The notes: generated by a model not told the origin, from the sequence alone. 64,000 nt of DNA from Tubulanus polymorphus (GCF_964204645.1 NC_134029.1:7652850-7716849); one strand, 5' to 3'. Counted from the stretch's first letter, positions 40,060 to 53,306 are shown. Program-made: numbers and translations.

Positions 40060-42762
40060 TGTACAGACTCATAAACTTGCATAGGCTACATCGTCCCAAG
40101 TTCATCGAATCTGAAATTCCATGCAGCAACAAAGCCACAATTTATTTTGTCAAATGATTTTCCCTGAAAATGTTGTGTGACGTACAAACCCTAAAGATCA
40201 AAGAGCCATTTATGGGCTAACTCGTTTATAGGAGGCTAAAATCTAGATGAAAATCTATCGAAAACGACTACTTTCATTCACCAAGTGTCTGACAGATTAG
40301 TGATGCCACCTAGTGGGGAGGGATTGATGGAGTTGCTGGGTCTTCATTGGAACGATACAAAAATTCCAAGTTGCTTTAAGGCAACAGGTATGAACGGAAA
40401 TGAGAAGAAACATGACCGTAGCCCGGCTCAAGTCGTTGGGCTTGATTTCAAGCAACTAGAAGGATATGAGATCACACCAGTTGCTTCCCGCTTATGTCAG
40501 CTGAGATCACACTGGCAACCGAATCAACTGTAGAGGTTCATGTGCCTAATTAAAATGTTCTAGCATCATTGAACAAAGGAGACAGCTTGTGTCATTTAAG
40601 CAATTCAATCATCGTCTAATTGGTTGTAGAAAATGAAGTATCCATTAAAAGCACAAAACGAATAAATTTAATTGACTCTTAAGAGTTCATTTCCAATAAT
40701 TTCATAAAGTAATCATATCTTCATTTCTCAGTCTAAGTTTTTATTTGCGCTCTATAAACAACTTACTGATATTGCATGAGGACTCTAGTTAATCAGTGAT
40801 TACTGTCACACTTGTAGCGCCACCAGTGGATATTATTCTACGTGTGTACGCGCATCTCCGATTGGCTTGAATCATTTTGCTCAGTTCTGAGGGGCCGCAG
40901 CAACACTTAGGTCAGTTTCACTTGAAAGCAACTGTCAGAGTAGAACATGGGCAACCAGCGGGATATGGCTTGCGACGAATAGGTAGGCGTCAGGTTGCGC
41001 TAGTAAGCTCGCTTACATCGAGCGGATATGACATTAACTGGCTGCAGGTTGCTAGTTTCCACTAACCCCAGTTGCGTCCGTCCTCCCTCGAGCAATAGCC
41101 CGAAAAACTATAGCCTTTACCCCTATAACAGACCTGCTACTAGGAAAAGAAATGAATTTGGCTTTGCACAAAGTAAATGCACGTAGATAAAATTGTGAGT
41201 TATAACAAACTGGATAAATATCATACTCCAAATCATATGCAATCAAACACATTTTCCAGAGTTGGATTATTAGAGGCCTATCATTACAAGACCAGCAGGC
41301 AAATCCAGAAAACCAATGACGTGGGTAAAGTTTTCGCATTCAACTATTTCAGGGGTTGAAAAACTACATCAGCAGTGCAAGAATTTCCGACAGAAATATT
41401 TTTGCGAATTTGGTTACGAGATAAGAGAGAGGCAAAGGCGCCTCGGGTCCTTATACGAAAAGCATTGGCTGATTTATCGAAGTAACGAGATTTTGAGCGA
41501 CAGATGAGAGAGAGAGAGAGGGAGAGGAGAGAGGTAGGGGACAGACGCGGGAGTGTAGTTTATGCAAATCAATATCTCATCAGACGCTGGTAATTATTTC
41601 ATCATTTCATCGCATCAAACATGTAATAAAATGTAGTCCCTAATCAGCTATATGCACTTGTGCTCGATATACACAAGACAAGTAGAGCAAAGAACGTTCA
41701 CTTCATATCCTGTTCACTCGACCGGCGAAGTGACCGCCCTGAATAAACATAATCAACAAGAAAATGTACGCGTATGCCATACCTGAAGCCAGATTTGTAG
41801 CGATCAAAAAACGTTGAACGAGTCGCGAGTGACAAGTATATATCCCTGTCTGAGCAGCATAACGGTCTAAAAAAAGCCTGTATCCTGGACAAAATAAGAA
41901 GTATCCCTTACTGAGCGAATTCTTGTGATAATGACCAATTCCTTCCCCCCTCCTGGAATTCCCTTAACTTGGAGCAAATTAATTGGTCTCGCGAGATCCC
42001 TGACAAATGGGTTCTGTATTGTAACTTTACCATTCATACCTGTGGCCAGAATCGAAGCCATTGGAATGAACTCACAGCTACTAAATGGTCACTCGTATTG
42101 CAACTCGACCAAAAAAACCCACGAAACCTGATTGTCTGAAACCCTAATTGCCTTGTTCTTTTCGTCACCTATCTGAGTAGAGCTACTGTAGAACGTGCTT
42201 ATTTCGTATCATTTGGGGCAACTGTAATGGTTTGAGAAACCTGGATTAAACTGCATATTCAAAATACATTTATGCATAGTTGAACAATGAATCCAGATCG
42301 GATCAAATCCGATTTATAAAGATCTGGATTGAGTGAGTTAGACTAGTATCATAATGCATGATTCCAATCATCCTCCTTTAAAAGCTTTTAAAAAACGTAT
42401 GGATGCCAACGCTTGTTGCACATTAGTACGGATAGAGCATTCGATAGAAATTGTCCTAGGCCTATTAGTTTATTAGACATTCTGATGAAGACTTCTGCTT
42501 GTATACAATTACAGATAGTCGTAAGCCTATAATTTATCAGAAGCCGTTGGCAAAAGTTGTCGTCGACAAAATGTCAAATTGGTTACGACATGCGATGGGA
42601 AGAGTGAATACGGGATACAATTCAATAGCTGACTAGACAATGTTCTAAGACTATACTTTCTTTCGCAGGGAGAGAGACTGCCGGGAGCAGAAATGCCCAC
42701 AAACACTGACACCGCTGCCAATTCAAACCTATAAATCCTGCATAGCATTGATAAGACCTGCT

Positions 42763-43087
42763 CAGGCGCAGATCCAGGTTGCCTTCCGGAAGGCAGTCAA
42801 TCGAATTTTCTATGTACCCATTGCAGTTTATCCAAAATCATAATTTCAAATAACCAAAGTGCTGCAGATTTCAACAATTGTTAGCCAGCATCTCCAGAGG
42901 TAATTTCTAGCTCTACATGCCCTTATGGCACATAAAATTCCAGTTCTCAACAACGTTCCCCTTATCATGCTTCGCTGCTGTACAGATTTGCTGTTTAAAC
43001 TAACCGACAGTCATGCTCTTATTTCATGAACTACTTACAAACTTCAAAATCAGGAAGGCAATCAAAATTGCCCCCAGATCCACCCAG
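42763..43087. mobile_element. hAT-like MITE with CAGGCGCAGATCCAG-type termini (degenerate)
   Basis: caggcgcagatccagg ... cagatccaccc; same terminus class as 49853-50176. Confidence 0.45.
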
Positions 43088-43417
43088 CTGCCTAAAAAAC
43101 TATTTTTGCATTGACTATATTTACAAAGATAAATCTGTCACCAAGCATCAATTTGTGGTTCCCAGGCGAGGCCCATGGTAGAAGGCAAGTTCACAAGTGA
43201 CCGCCCACTTCATCTATGTTTTGTTTTTATTTTGTAGCCAATGAATCTCACAACTCTCACAACTCATGTAGGAAGGCTAATTCTTTTGCGATAGCACCTA
43301 TATGCAGTTGATAAGCTCATGGGCATAAAGACTTTTTAATGAAATACCTTTTTGATCATTAGTAGTGATGAGACTTGCCACCGCGAGCAAACTTATCGTA
43401 AAAGGCAACGAACTCAC

Positions 43418-43438
43418 GTGGAAGGACACGGAAGACCT
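43418..43438 (-). CDS. Candidate 21-nt frame-preserving microexon (RSSVSFH)
   Basis: Pyrimidine tract tttgttctcttc..acatag|AGGTCTTCCGTGTCCTTCCAC|gtgagt; phase 0-0, compatible with the exon at 45474. Confidence 0.4.
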
Positions 43439-45473
43439 CTATGTGCATTTGCGAAGAGAACAAACGACATCGAATCATTTCTTCTGGGCATTTTGTTTAT
43501 CTTTGAGATATAATCAGAACTTCTTTTCCGTCAACAGCAGGGAACTTGCTAATTGAAATGAGAGCCGTGGTTATGAAATACAGTCGAAATCCTAAATCAA
43601 ATTGTGTTGTTGAATGATTCCCAATACAGCAGTTCGTAACTCAGTTAAAACCAAATTGACCCAACGCCATACACCTACACACCCGACTTTGACACTCGAG
43701 GTATGCTCTGATTTAGATCGAACCGGGATGGCGGTCTATCAATACGCATAGAACTGTCTGACACTTTTGTTTTATATCACCACATACGCATTAGTTTACT
43801 GTTTCTGATGTTTTGGCCGTAAACTCAGTCTCATTGCTGCGATAGCTGGAAAGCTGCCTCCTTTTTTTGGCTTCAGGATAGCAAGCTCAGTCTATCTGCG
43901 CGCAATGATGACTGGAAAGTTGCCTCTTGACGTCGGTCTCATTAAAAACTACCAACAACATAATTGTGACAGTGTAAATAAAACCCGATCAAAACTGTTT
44001 ATATGTTAGTGTACAAAATGTATTCAATATTCACGTGCCTGTGCCGCTTTCTTACTGACGGTCTATCAATGCGCATAGTACTGACCCTTCGATTACGATG
44101 CACCCACAGACCTAACTATGCACTGTACATTAGAAACACAAAAACTGCTCTCCGTGTAAAAACTTTTACTTTTAGGCAAACTCAGCACCAGATGTGAAGT
44201 AGCGATCCCCTTGGTGGAGAAACCCATCCTCATCACGCTGCACCGTCGATGTCATTAACTACACTTCGGATACCCAAGGACCATACTCTCATCTGGAAAA
44301 TTTGCGTTTTGAAATGTGCTTCTTTTCTATCTAGTCAACACGCGGGACAATCAACTTAGAGGACTTTCTATATCAACATCTACCAGAAAAAAAAAATTTC
44401 TACTGTTTGATTTCACAGGTCGGACAAGTTGAACCCCATTTTCCCATATGAACAGTTAGCCTATGATAGCCATTTTGCCATCGATTATAACCCGTTACTG
44501 GGGTTTGAACTTCAAAATTGCATGTCGGATTAGATAACGTCCTAAACTTGATTATCAGCCGGTCCGACACCCTATAATATCACCTAATTCCCATCCGATA
44601 TTCCTTTCAAATCTATTGAACTCCTTTATTTCTCATTATTAACAGAATTGCGTCAAACACGATGATTATTCATCTCTCACTGCCAGAATTGTAATCTCGG
44701 GCACAAGTCTGAACTTAGAAACTGGTCTCCTAGCGAAAAAGAGAATTCATTATATGATATCTGCACAAATTTTGTACTATACATTTTTATCACCAATACG
44801 TATAACAGCATATGCAATATCCATGACGAATGAATGATATAATTCATATCAGTATTTGTTGCAGTAATCATAAATTACACTACCAGGAATTTGAAGGGCA
44901 TTGCAAATAAATATAATTTCAAATTAAATTCATGATACTTTTTTTAATCTTTCATGTGTAGGAGAGAATATTATATTGTACCCCTGAGAATATTCATCAA
45001 TTACAGTTCTGATCAATAATGGTGTTAGTGCTACCTACTAGTGCACCATCTGGAGGTAGATTTAAACACTAAAAAGACGAAGCATTCGTCAAGTAATAGT
45101 GATTTCAACTTCATTTTGAAATTGTTACCGCTGTCAACTACCATCCGCTCCCCCTGGTGTTTATAAATTTGAGACCCTCATTTCGGAGAAAAAACCCCTA
45201 CTTCAGTGAACTGTTTGTACGGCTTGCCATATGAAATGTGCTTCAACCAGGTAGAATTGAATTACCAAGAAGGGGCCTAGGCCTATAGCCGAATCAATCA
45301 TGAAAATATGCAAAATCTTGACTGCACATACTCATTGCCGGGACCCTAATTCCACTCACCGTCCCACAGTCTGTGGGTATTTTCAATGGAAATATTAACC
45401 TTTGTGAGTACCATACTTAGGAACACAGTTATTGATAAAATCAAAACGAATACTAATCAATACATGTACTTAC

Positions 45474-45548
45474 CAAGCGTAAACTGCTTAAGGATGTTGA
45501 TCTCGACAGTACTGGGCTAGCACCTGGGCTTCCATTTGTACTTGCCAT
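45474..45548 (-). CDS. Candidate first coding exon MASTNGSPGASPVLSRSTSLSSLRL (whole exon 45569-45474)
   Basis: Acceptor ttttttccag at 45570, in-frame TAA, then agcATGG Kozak, 25 codons, TTG|gtaagt phase-0 donor; possible upstream UTR exon donor gtaagt at 47531. Confidence 0.6.
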
Positions 45549-48494
45549 GCTTTATGTTGACGAGGACAGCTGGAAAAAATGTACAATACATTCTATGAGT
45601 GTCCCGAAATTGTTATTTTCTGGTCACGAAAAATTCTTCCATGTTTACACACCTTTCATACGATACTTGCATATTCCTTTTTTCCATGTAGTTCAGCTAG
45701 TCACTGGCGTTCAGCAATATGGGGCTATATGTTTCCGTACTGAAATGAACAGAAATGCTAAACCTAAGGAAACTTAGTGGAATAGACTCTGGTCAAGTGA
45801 AATCTTTCTGGACCATGGAAATGACCTGAGGGATAGGCCCACGGGATTCGCAGCTATAGGACTATTCATAATTGAAGTTGTAGTTTTCTTTTTATTTTTG
45901 CTTTCGATAACTTTTCAATATCGTATCACGCCATCGTTCAGAAAGTTGCTCAATTCTTATAGTTACTCGTAGAGAGCTATAGATTTAGTCCATTCATTAC
46001 AACATAAACAACCTACCCTATTATACCAAAATTATTAATCATCATCATTATACGAAAATCATTATTAATCATATTTACTATCAACCGTCCCATGGACCGC
46101 CCTCACTAATGTTATGTTGTATTTGATGCTATTTTTTCAATACTAATAATGTCCAATTACAATGTCTGTAATAAAAAAAAAACCCACCCTCACTAACAAT
46201 GTAACACATACTTTTCTTTACAACGATAACCCGCTTTGATTTTCCCGTTGTACATCTATTCAGCATTGGACTCCTTAAAGATCAAACAAGGGATGCTGGA
46301 TGATCCTGAATACAGTTAATCATGGTTTTTAGAACTTCCTCATTCGCTTTGGAAATCACTTGATAACTTATCAACGCATCTCGACTTGACCAATGAATCA
46401 ATTTTTCGCTGAATGGAATTTTTGTTTTATCAGCTTTGATTCATTTTATCCGCTATCTCTCTATTTTTCAATTTCTTTTATCTCAGTCTAATTGTCGTAT
46501 CTTATGAAGCTGGTGCCTCCTCCTCATAGCAAATTTCAATGAACTAGATTGTTTAGTTTTAGATTTGGTTTCTAAACACTGAAGTGTTTTCAGTTAAGCT
46601 GCCTTTCCAGCACTATACCAACAGATCTCAATATAGTAGACATGTTAATGAATTCAGGGCTTGGTTCTAGCCCACTGAACAAATAGTCCAATAATTGATC
46701 CGATAATTTCTTCAAATCCTTGTCAAAAACATCAACTCTTGCCGTTACAATGCTCTTGGGATCATCGCGCAAGTTTTTAATATTTTCTACACATTTCTTT
46801 ATGTGTGGTAAAACCTCCAGGTGAGATCTAGTTGTTGATATGCCTAATTCCCTCATTCTTGGCCCGGTTATCTATTTACCGATAATACTGAGTACCCTAA
46901 ACAGATGGATTCTTGATGTCTCTATAATTCCGGCCACATTCTTTAAATTACAGGGATTACCCTCTACCTGTGCACTAGTGGGTCTCCAATTTGGTTTGGT
47001 CCCCTAACCCTAAACTCAAATCCTAACTCTCGACTCAGGACTCTTTTCTCACCTTCTCGACCAACCCTAATTTCCTTCGTTAAATGGCTGCCAATTTGTT
47101 TTTTCATGATGTCACCCTTACTCTTTACTCTTAGACCCTAGGATGGAAATGCACATTCGCCGGTCAAATAGGACTAAAAAGTACGTAGTTAGTGCCTTCT
47201 TATCTCAAACTGCGAGTGTTCATTGTCCGTCTGTAAACAACACCTTTTAACTACCTTCGGCTTCCAAGTGCCATTTCAAAAAGATCCATGAAAATGGTCT
47301 ATGGACGTTCCTGCTATAATTCAAACCAAGTCATCCTTTTGACACACACGACGAACGGGGAGATGACAAATCAAAATGTCATGAATAACAATATTATTGA
47401 CATGATTGTCATTGATAGCAAAACAAATTCGAATCCATCGCAGTGGTACCGTAAGTAAACCCCCTATCCACCCTAGACCTTACAAAGATAGCCCTTGTTT
47501 GCTAACTATCTAAAATAAATGAATTACTTACTTATTGAAGGCTGGCAGAATACCATGGGCAAAAAGGCTTTAAAAACGTTTTTTTTAGTTCGCAAACCAT
47601 GTAACCACACGTTGCGAAGATCAAAACCGGCTACGACCTTGAGTGCAAACGCTCGCGCTATTTACCGCCACAAACCCAAAGAAAGCCTTTGCTAACACTC
47701 GGAACCGCAGCGAAGAGACGACTGTCACTGCGACTGTGAACGTTTATCAAATTCTGTCCAACGGATCTAATCATAACGACAAAACCATTCTCATACACCA
47801 TGCAATTTTCAATCCAAGTAAACGGAACTTATCACGAGCCTCAGGCGCTAAAACTGCCACACTAAATTTTCTAAAATTAGATCAACGCCAGGATCGATTT
47901 CTTCAATGGTCATTTGAAACGGATGAATTTCCTTCAAGTCAACTAGGGATAGTCTTCAAAAATTATTTCTAACTTTTCTGCAATATGGCCTCGAATCTAA
48001 TGAGTTTGCCCACGAATTTTGAACTAGAACTACCCGGTACAAGGAAAGTGTGACAAATTAGTCAGTTTTCTGAAAACGATGCTCAGGTTTTCTAGGCTGA
48101 CATCAACGGGGCTTTTGTTCGAACCTCCAGAACTCATCCCCTGCAAAATTCAACTGATATATATTCTCTTGAATGTCCGTCAAGTGCATAGAAATAGTGT
48201 AAAAATACACTGTGACGCAGTTTCCAGACCCTTTCTTTGGCGGTGTGCCCTTTTCATATTTCTGTGCTCCTGCCAAAGTCTGCCCCTGGATTAGCTCCTC
48301 TGACATGGTTTTTCCGTTGAATACAAGTTCGTGAACCAAGAATGACATCGCATTCTCGAAATGTTTGGCACCATTGGTTTCCATCACTGTCCAAGAACGA
48401 ATCGATAAAGAAAAAAGGTAGTTTATACGTATAATGTGTTGCAAAAATATTTATTCAGTTATACAAGATGTACACAATCATCATGATAATGATA

Positions 48495-48498
<4 letters not shown>

Positions 48499-48573
<75 letters not shown>
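48499..48573. repeat. (AT)n microsatellite
   Basis: Directly visible. Confidence 0.98.
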
Positions 48574-48575
<2 letters not shown>

Positions 48576-49852
48576 CATAATAGGCAAAGCACTTCATTTA
48601 TAGAGATAAATTTTCAAATGCCACAACTAAATTTGTAGCTGCTTGATTATATATTCTATATGAGATGTTTTTGATAATACCGGGTAGAGAGGAGGTGATC
48701 ATTATTTGTTCAAAATCATTAACCCTTCCGATTCAATGGTTTAGTCGATATATACATTAATACAAATACAATGCCATCGAAGACCGTACCCTTGTTATCG
48801 GAGACGACTTTTTAGAAAGGAGAAAACTAAGTATCGGCATCTCTCTGAAGACTTGTATTATCCCTCCCTCCTCGTTAAATCTGTTTCTTCGTTTGAATTC
48901 TTCGTTCGCGCTAAATGAATTTACAAGTAGTGTTCGGTTGCTTGAAACGATCTATTTTTCTTTCAGCAATCTAATTAAAATCAGGAGGTATATATATATA
49001 ACTTCACAGGATCTCGATGTAGTCTTGGGCCCGGTCCCATTAGCCGACACCTAGGCTAAAAAGTATATGATTCCTCGTTTCTTCTAATCGTCCGTGTAAT
49101 TTTGTAAACTGCAATGAAATTTCTAATAATCAGTCCATTTCTAAAGCTGCCGTGTCTGTTATGGTTAGCCTGAGAATGGTTTTTCAGAGAGGGTACATAG
49201 GCGACCGGTCGGGTCAATCTTTAAACTCAGTAGAAAGGAGAAACTAGGTATCAATTTTTTGAGCCGATACGATATCATGTCCACTCTATCATACATACTG
49301 TGGCCCACTTCACAGGACGACTTATGTTACGAATGAAACTAGGGTTCTATAAGTTCTGTGAGCCACCTCCGATCTTCAGATCTCGGCTAAATTTCTATGT
49401 ATCGGTTCAGGAATTGGACTCTACTATTTGAGGATTGGTTATTTGCTAGCAACAAGTATAAATATCGATATCACAATAGGCTTATATACATAGAAAAATA
49501 CTTAATAAATGCCGTACAATGAATACGCTTTTACAGGTTTATTTTTTTGGAGAAAATACTTTCCTCGATAAGCGTTTCGTAGAGATTTGAAATTGATAAA
49601 ACCCTTACTGAAAGTTTTGGGTATAGTAAATCACGCACAAACACATATTATGAGACCAGTCGGAGACCAACGAAAATGTAACGCGAGTGCAAGAGGGGAA
49701 TGTTTTTCGATATATTTTGATAACCCGTTCGAGCTTGGAGTAATCGGACTGAAGTCCAGTAGAAATGAACTGCGTGCGTCCTAGCTCCGTCCAGTTTGAT
49801 TATGTACTCCAAGGCTCGGTAGATTATGACAAGGGATAAAACATAAGGTTAT

Positions 49853-50176
49853 CAGGGGTGGATCCGACAGACGAGAGCACGAGGAGCACGTGATCCTGTC
49901 CCAATTCTCCTGCGCCATTTTGTAAATGCAATCATTATTATCCTGGACACTTTTTCAACCCGCAACTAATAAGACAGCAGTCCCCAGCTCAAGATTTAGC
50001 TTATTCTCTTAAATTTCCCCCACGTGCCTAGAAATTACATGGAAACGCACTGGGATTTCAAAGTTTTCCAGAACCTTGTTTTGGCTGCGTGGGTACTTAA
50101 CTTGCTCTTTGTTTCAGTATAAAAGCATTTTTAATTTGATGTGCTCCTGTAAACACCGCTCCTGGATCCGCCCCGG
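49853..50176. mobile_element. hAT-like MITE in the putative 3' UTR of the TMEM272-like gene
   Basis: CAGGGGTGGATCC ... GGATCCGCCCCGG inverted termini; no clear 8-bp TSD. Confidence 0.6.
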
Positions 50177-50270
50177 CTATATCCGGTGTTAAAGCTGTAA
50201 ATGTACATACTACATTCACGAAGTGCGCAAAAAAAATAAATTTGTTAGTTTCTTTTCACCATCAACATCA

Positions 50271-50716
50271 TCATGTCTTATCTCCGAAGCAGACGGTGCA
50301 CTTGTGATAAACAGCGAGAATAAAAACCATTAACAACACAAGACCAATCATCGCGTAGCAAGCGACAATCTGTCCAAAAGCGAACAAATATATCGACTTG
50401 TCACACCAGTTACTCGGGTCGTACAAGCTTTGCTCGTAGGCCGGTTCCCAGATCCTGAATACCCAGTAATTGCCGAAAATGAACCAAATAGTCAGGAACA
50501 AACTGAGAACGACGTCGGTGAAAGTCGATGATTTCGACGTAATGCCGTTTTCGTTATCCTCGTCCGTATCGTAGATCTCGTCCAACCTCTCGTATCGACG
50601 AGACCTCACTTGGCGCCAGATCATCGATAGCAGCTTCAACAGTCCAAAACAGCCACCGACCAGCATGTAGATTGGTAGATTCGGCTCTTTCGGGCAGTCG
50701 TGTAGAAACTTAACAC
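50271..50716 (-). CDS. TMEM272: TMEM272-family membrane protein, last exon
   Basis: GVKFLHDCPKEPNLPIYMLVGG..LSLFLTIWFIFGNYWVF..NWCDKSIYLFA matches the TMEM272 family pattern (KFLxDCPxxPxxPxYxLVGG; WFIxGNYWVF; CDKxxYLFA); acceptor tttttcag, phase 1. Confidence 0.92.
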
Positions 50717-50836
50717 CTGAAAAAGGCAATTCATTGAATCGTGTGAATGGATCTCGTTCACATATTTCATTCGCATATCATCGTTTAAGAGCTTTACGCT
50801 TGTAGCGTATTGATTAAGTAAAATATTAAACTCCAT

Positions 50837-51065
50837 AGCTGCGATCGCACAGGCATTTTTGGCACGAGCCAAATTAGCACGGGTTAAATGATTGCGTTTG
50901 AATTGCAACTGGTTCCGGAAATGACTCGTTCCGCTTTGTTTAAGTATGTTTAGTATGGAGCGAGTGGTTTACATGTGAACATGCTCTCTAATTAGACACG
51001 GGCCAATTTTGACAGACTCCGTGCCATTTTTACCCGGGCCAAATCGACTCTCTGTGATCGCGGCT
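50837..51065 (-). mobile_element. Internally deleted MITE family A copy in a TMEM272-like intron
   Basis: CAT|AGCTGCGATCGCAC ... GTGATCGCGGCT|TAT. Confidence 0.85.
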
Positions 51066-51160
51066 TATGATTCGAGTAAACATCATTTCAGTATTTGTCT
51101 TCTTTTTGCATATTTTCTCGGTCTATGCCGACACTTGTGCGTGACATCACAATATGTTAT

Positions 51161-51194
51161 ACCATGGACTCTAAATCGCTTTAGAGTCCATGGT
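51161..51194. repeat. Perfect 15-bp-stem hairpin
   Basis: accatggactctaaa-tcgc-tttagagtccatggt. Confidence 0.9.
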
Positions 51195-51559
51195 TATACT
51201 CGTTATCGGTATGAATAGAGTCCGGAACTAAGAGGAACATCGAAACATTTTGGACAAAACTATTTCCTAGTACCGTGAAAATTGAAATTAATCATAAGGT
51301 AAAAGTATTGCGGGTGGCGTAGACTTTGCTTCTGAGACATGATTATTTCGACTCCTCGATCCATGAAGTCATCAAATCTTAGAATAGCCGAAATTTCAAA
51401 AACACCGACATAGACATATTCTTATGGTTATTGGCATAGTGGAACTTGTGGTTAAACACGACGATATTTCATTGGCATCACGCAGAAGGACTCCATGATG
51501 TAGACACCGAGTAAGCAAGTTTGCTTGTTTGCTTTTCGTTTTGTTCACGGAATACTCAC

Positions 51560-51619
51560 CGACCGAGACCATTGCGACAGGAAGACCCATAAGAATGCCC
51601 AATATTACAGTTACTGCGA
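51560..51619 (-). CDS. TMEM272: TMEM272-like exon encoding the first transmembrane helix
   Basis: ctttcag|..AVTVILGILMGLPVAMVSV..|gtgagt; phase 1-1, joins in frame with both neighbours. Confidence 0.9.
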
Positions 51620-53129
51620 CTGAAAGTATAAAGGAAAGGCTTATTGGATAATATCAGCATCGGCCGACGTTTTTGTGAATTATTAACATATGAACGGTTC
51701 AAAATGAAGTATTTTCAATTGCGCACATTCCCTGACTACAAAAACAAACCCCTAGATTTATCATTCTCGTAGAAATGCTTTCGAAAATTGGAAACATGAA
51801 TACATACATATATATGAGTGAACGTTTTTAAAGCTTCAGGTTTTTTCAATGGTTGTTGTAAATTATTCATTAAAACCGATACGTTTGATTCTATGACAGT
51901 CGTTATCTGTCGTCTGTTTCGAACGGCGGCATGATTTATGGATCGGATTTTATTTGATTTTCGTTTCGTCGACATTAAAACAAACGCGGTTAATGAAATG
52001 AAAACAAAAATCTCCGATAATTGAATTTCAATAATTCATCGCCAGCTAGTTTGTTTCACTCAGAAGATTTTTATACGGTGTATGCGGCGTAATCTGAGCA
52101 ATACGCTTTTTTATGTTCCCGGTTACAGAACGCAGATCGATTTCTATATACGCTTCTGTAATTGAAGATCACCAAATGTAAACAAATCAATCCTTTATCA
52201 GACAGATAATGAGTATAATCGCATTTATTTCGCGAATTACGTTCGTTATTCGCAGTTTATAGTCGAAGATTATTTAGTTATATCACAATATCTTATAGCT
52301 CAAGATGATTCAGCTCACGTGCCAGAGCTGTCGCGTTGCACTGATATAACGAAGTAGAACGTTTGCCGCTGAATTTTCAACAAGGATTGTTCGATCGCTA
52401 ATTGGGATTTTCGCTCCAAATGAACTGAATTCATCGCGACACGAAACTGATTACTCTTACTACCCCCAGCGGTACTCGGCACCATCTACAACCCGTCTGG
52501 CAAGTCTGTACGACACCGATGGCGTTTTATGACATGAATTCACTAAAAGGAACCATCGTTCACACAGCTTGCGTGTGAATTTCCAATTCGCAAATATGGA
52601 TCTAGACCCTGTTAGATAGGTGTTATTAACTATCTGAACATATTTTGAAAATGACCCCTTACTGTCGTTTTAGTTAGCACAATTTAAATGTAGGCCTATG
52701 GTGAGATTTTCTTTCGGCAAGGCGATCCTAAATGTGTGTGAGTACGTTCATTCTAAATCGACAGTCATATCTTTATTCTGCGATGATAATAATGATAATA
52801 CATATACTACTTCATTAACGATTTGAATTACGATAAGAAGTGAATACAAAATACTGTAATCATAAAACGCTGAACGACTGGTGAATTTAAAAGAAACTTA
52901 TGACCTGAAAGGTCCAGTCATCCACACACTCACACTCATGGACATGAACATACCCGATTCATACTTACTAGTTACAGGACAAAAACAGTTAACACGAGAA
53001 ATACATATGAAAGATTTTGATTTAATCTCTATTGGGAAATGATATAATTCCAAACAGTTATTCCATGAGAAAACGTGAAAGCACTACATAGTATTAGATT
53101 TTTCTGTACTGACTTCCAGAGTTCCCAGA

Positions 53130-53306
53130 GTCGACCAGTCGTCCAGTCATCCAGTCGACCAGTCGGCCAGTCGTCCAGTCGTCCAGTCATCCAGTCGTCC
53201 AGTCATCCAGTCGTCCAGTCGTCCAGTCATCCAGTCGCCCAGTCGGCCAGTCGACCAGTCGCCCAGTCGACCAGTCGTCCAGTCGTCCAGTCGACCAGTC
53301 GTCCAG
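53130..53306 (+). repeat. 8-bp minisatellite (CCAGTCRN)n, about 22 units
   Basis: Directly visible; source of the SSRPVVQ ORF. Confidence 0.95.

Noticed and set aside
48103-48444. 113-aa ORF with hemopexin-like (GDEFWRF) and lectin-like (GNCV) words
   Set aside because: Isolated short motifs with no consistent domain or splice structure.
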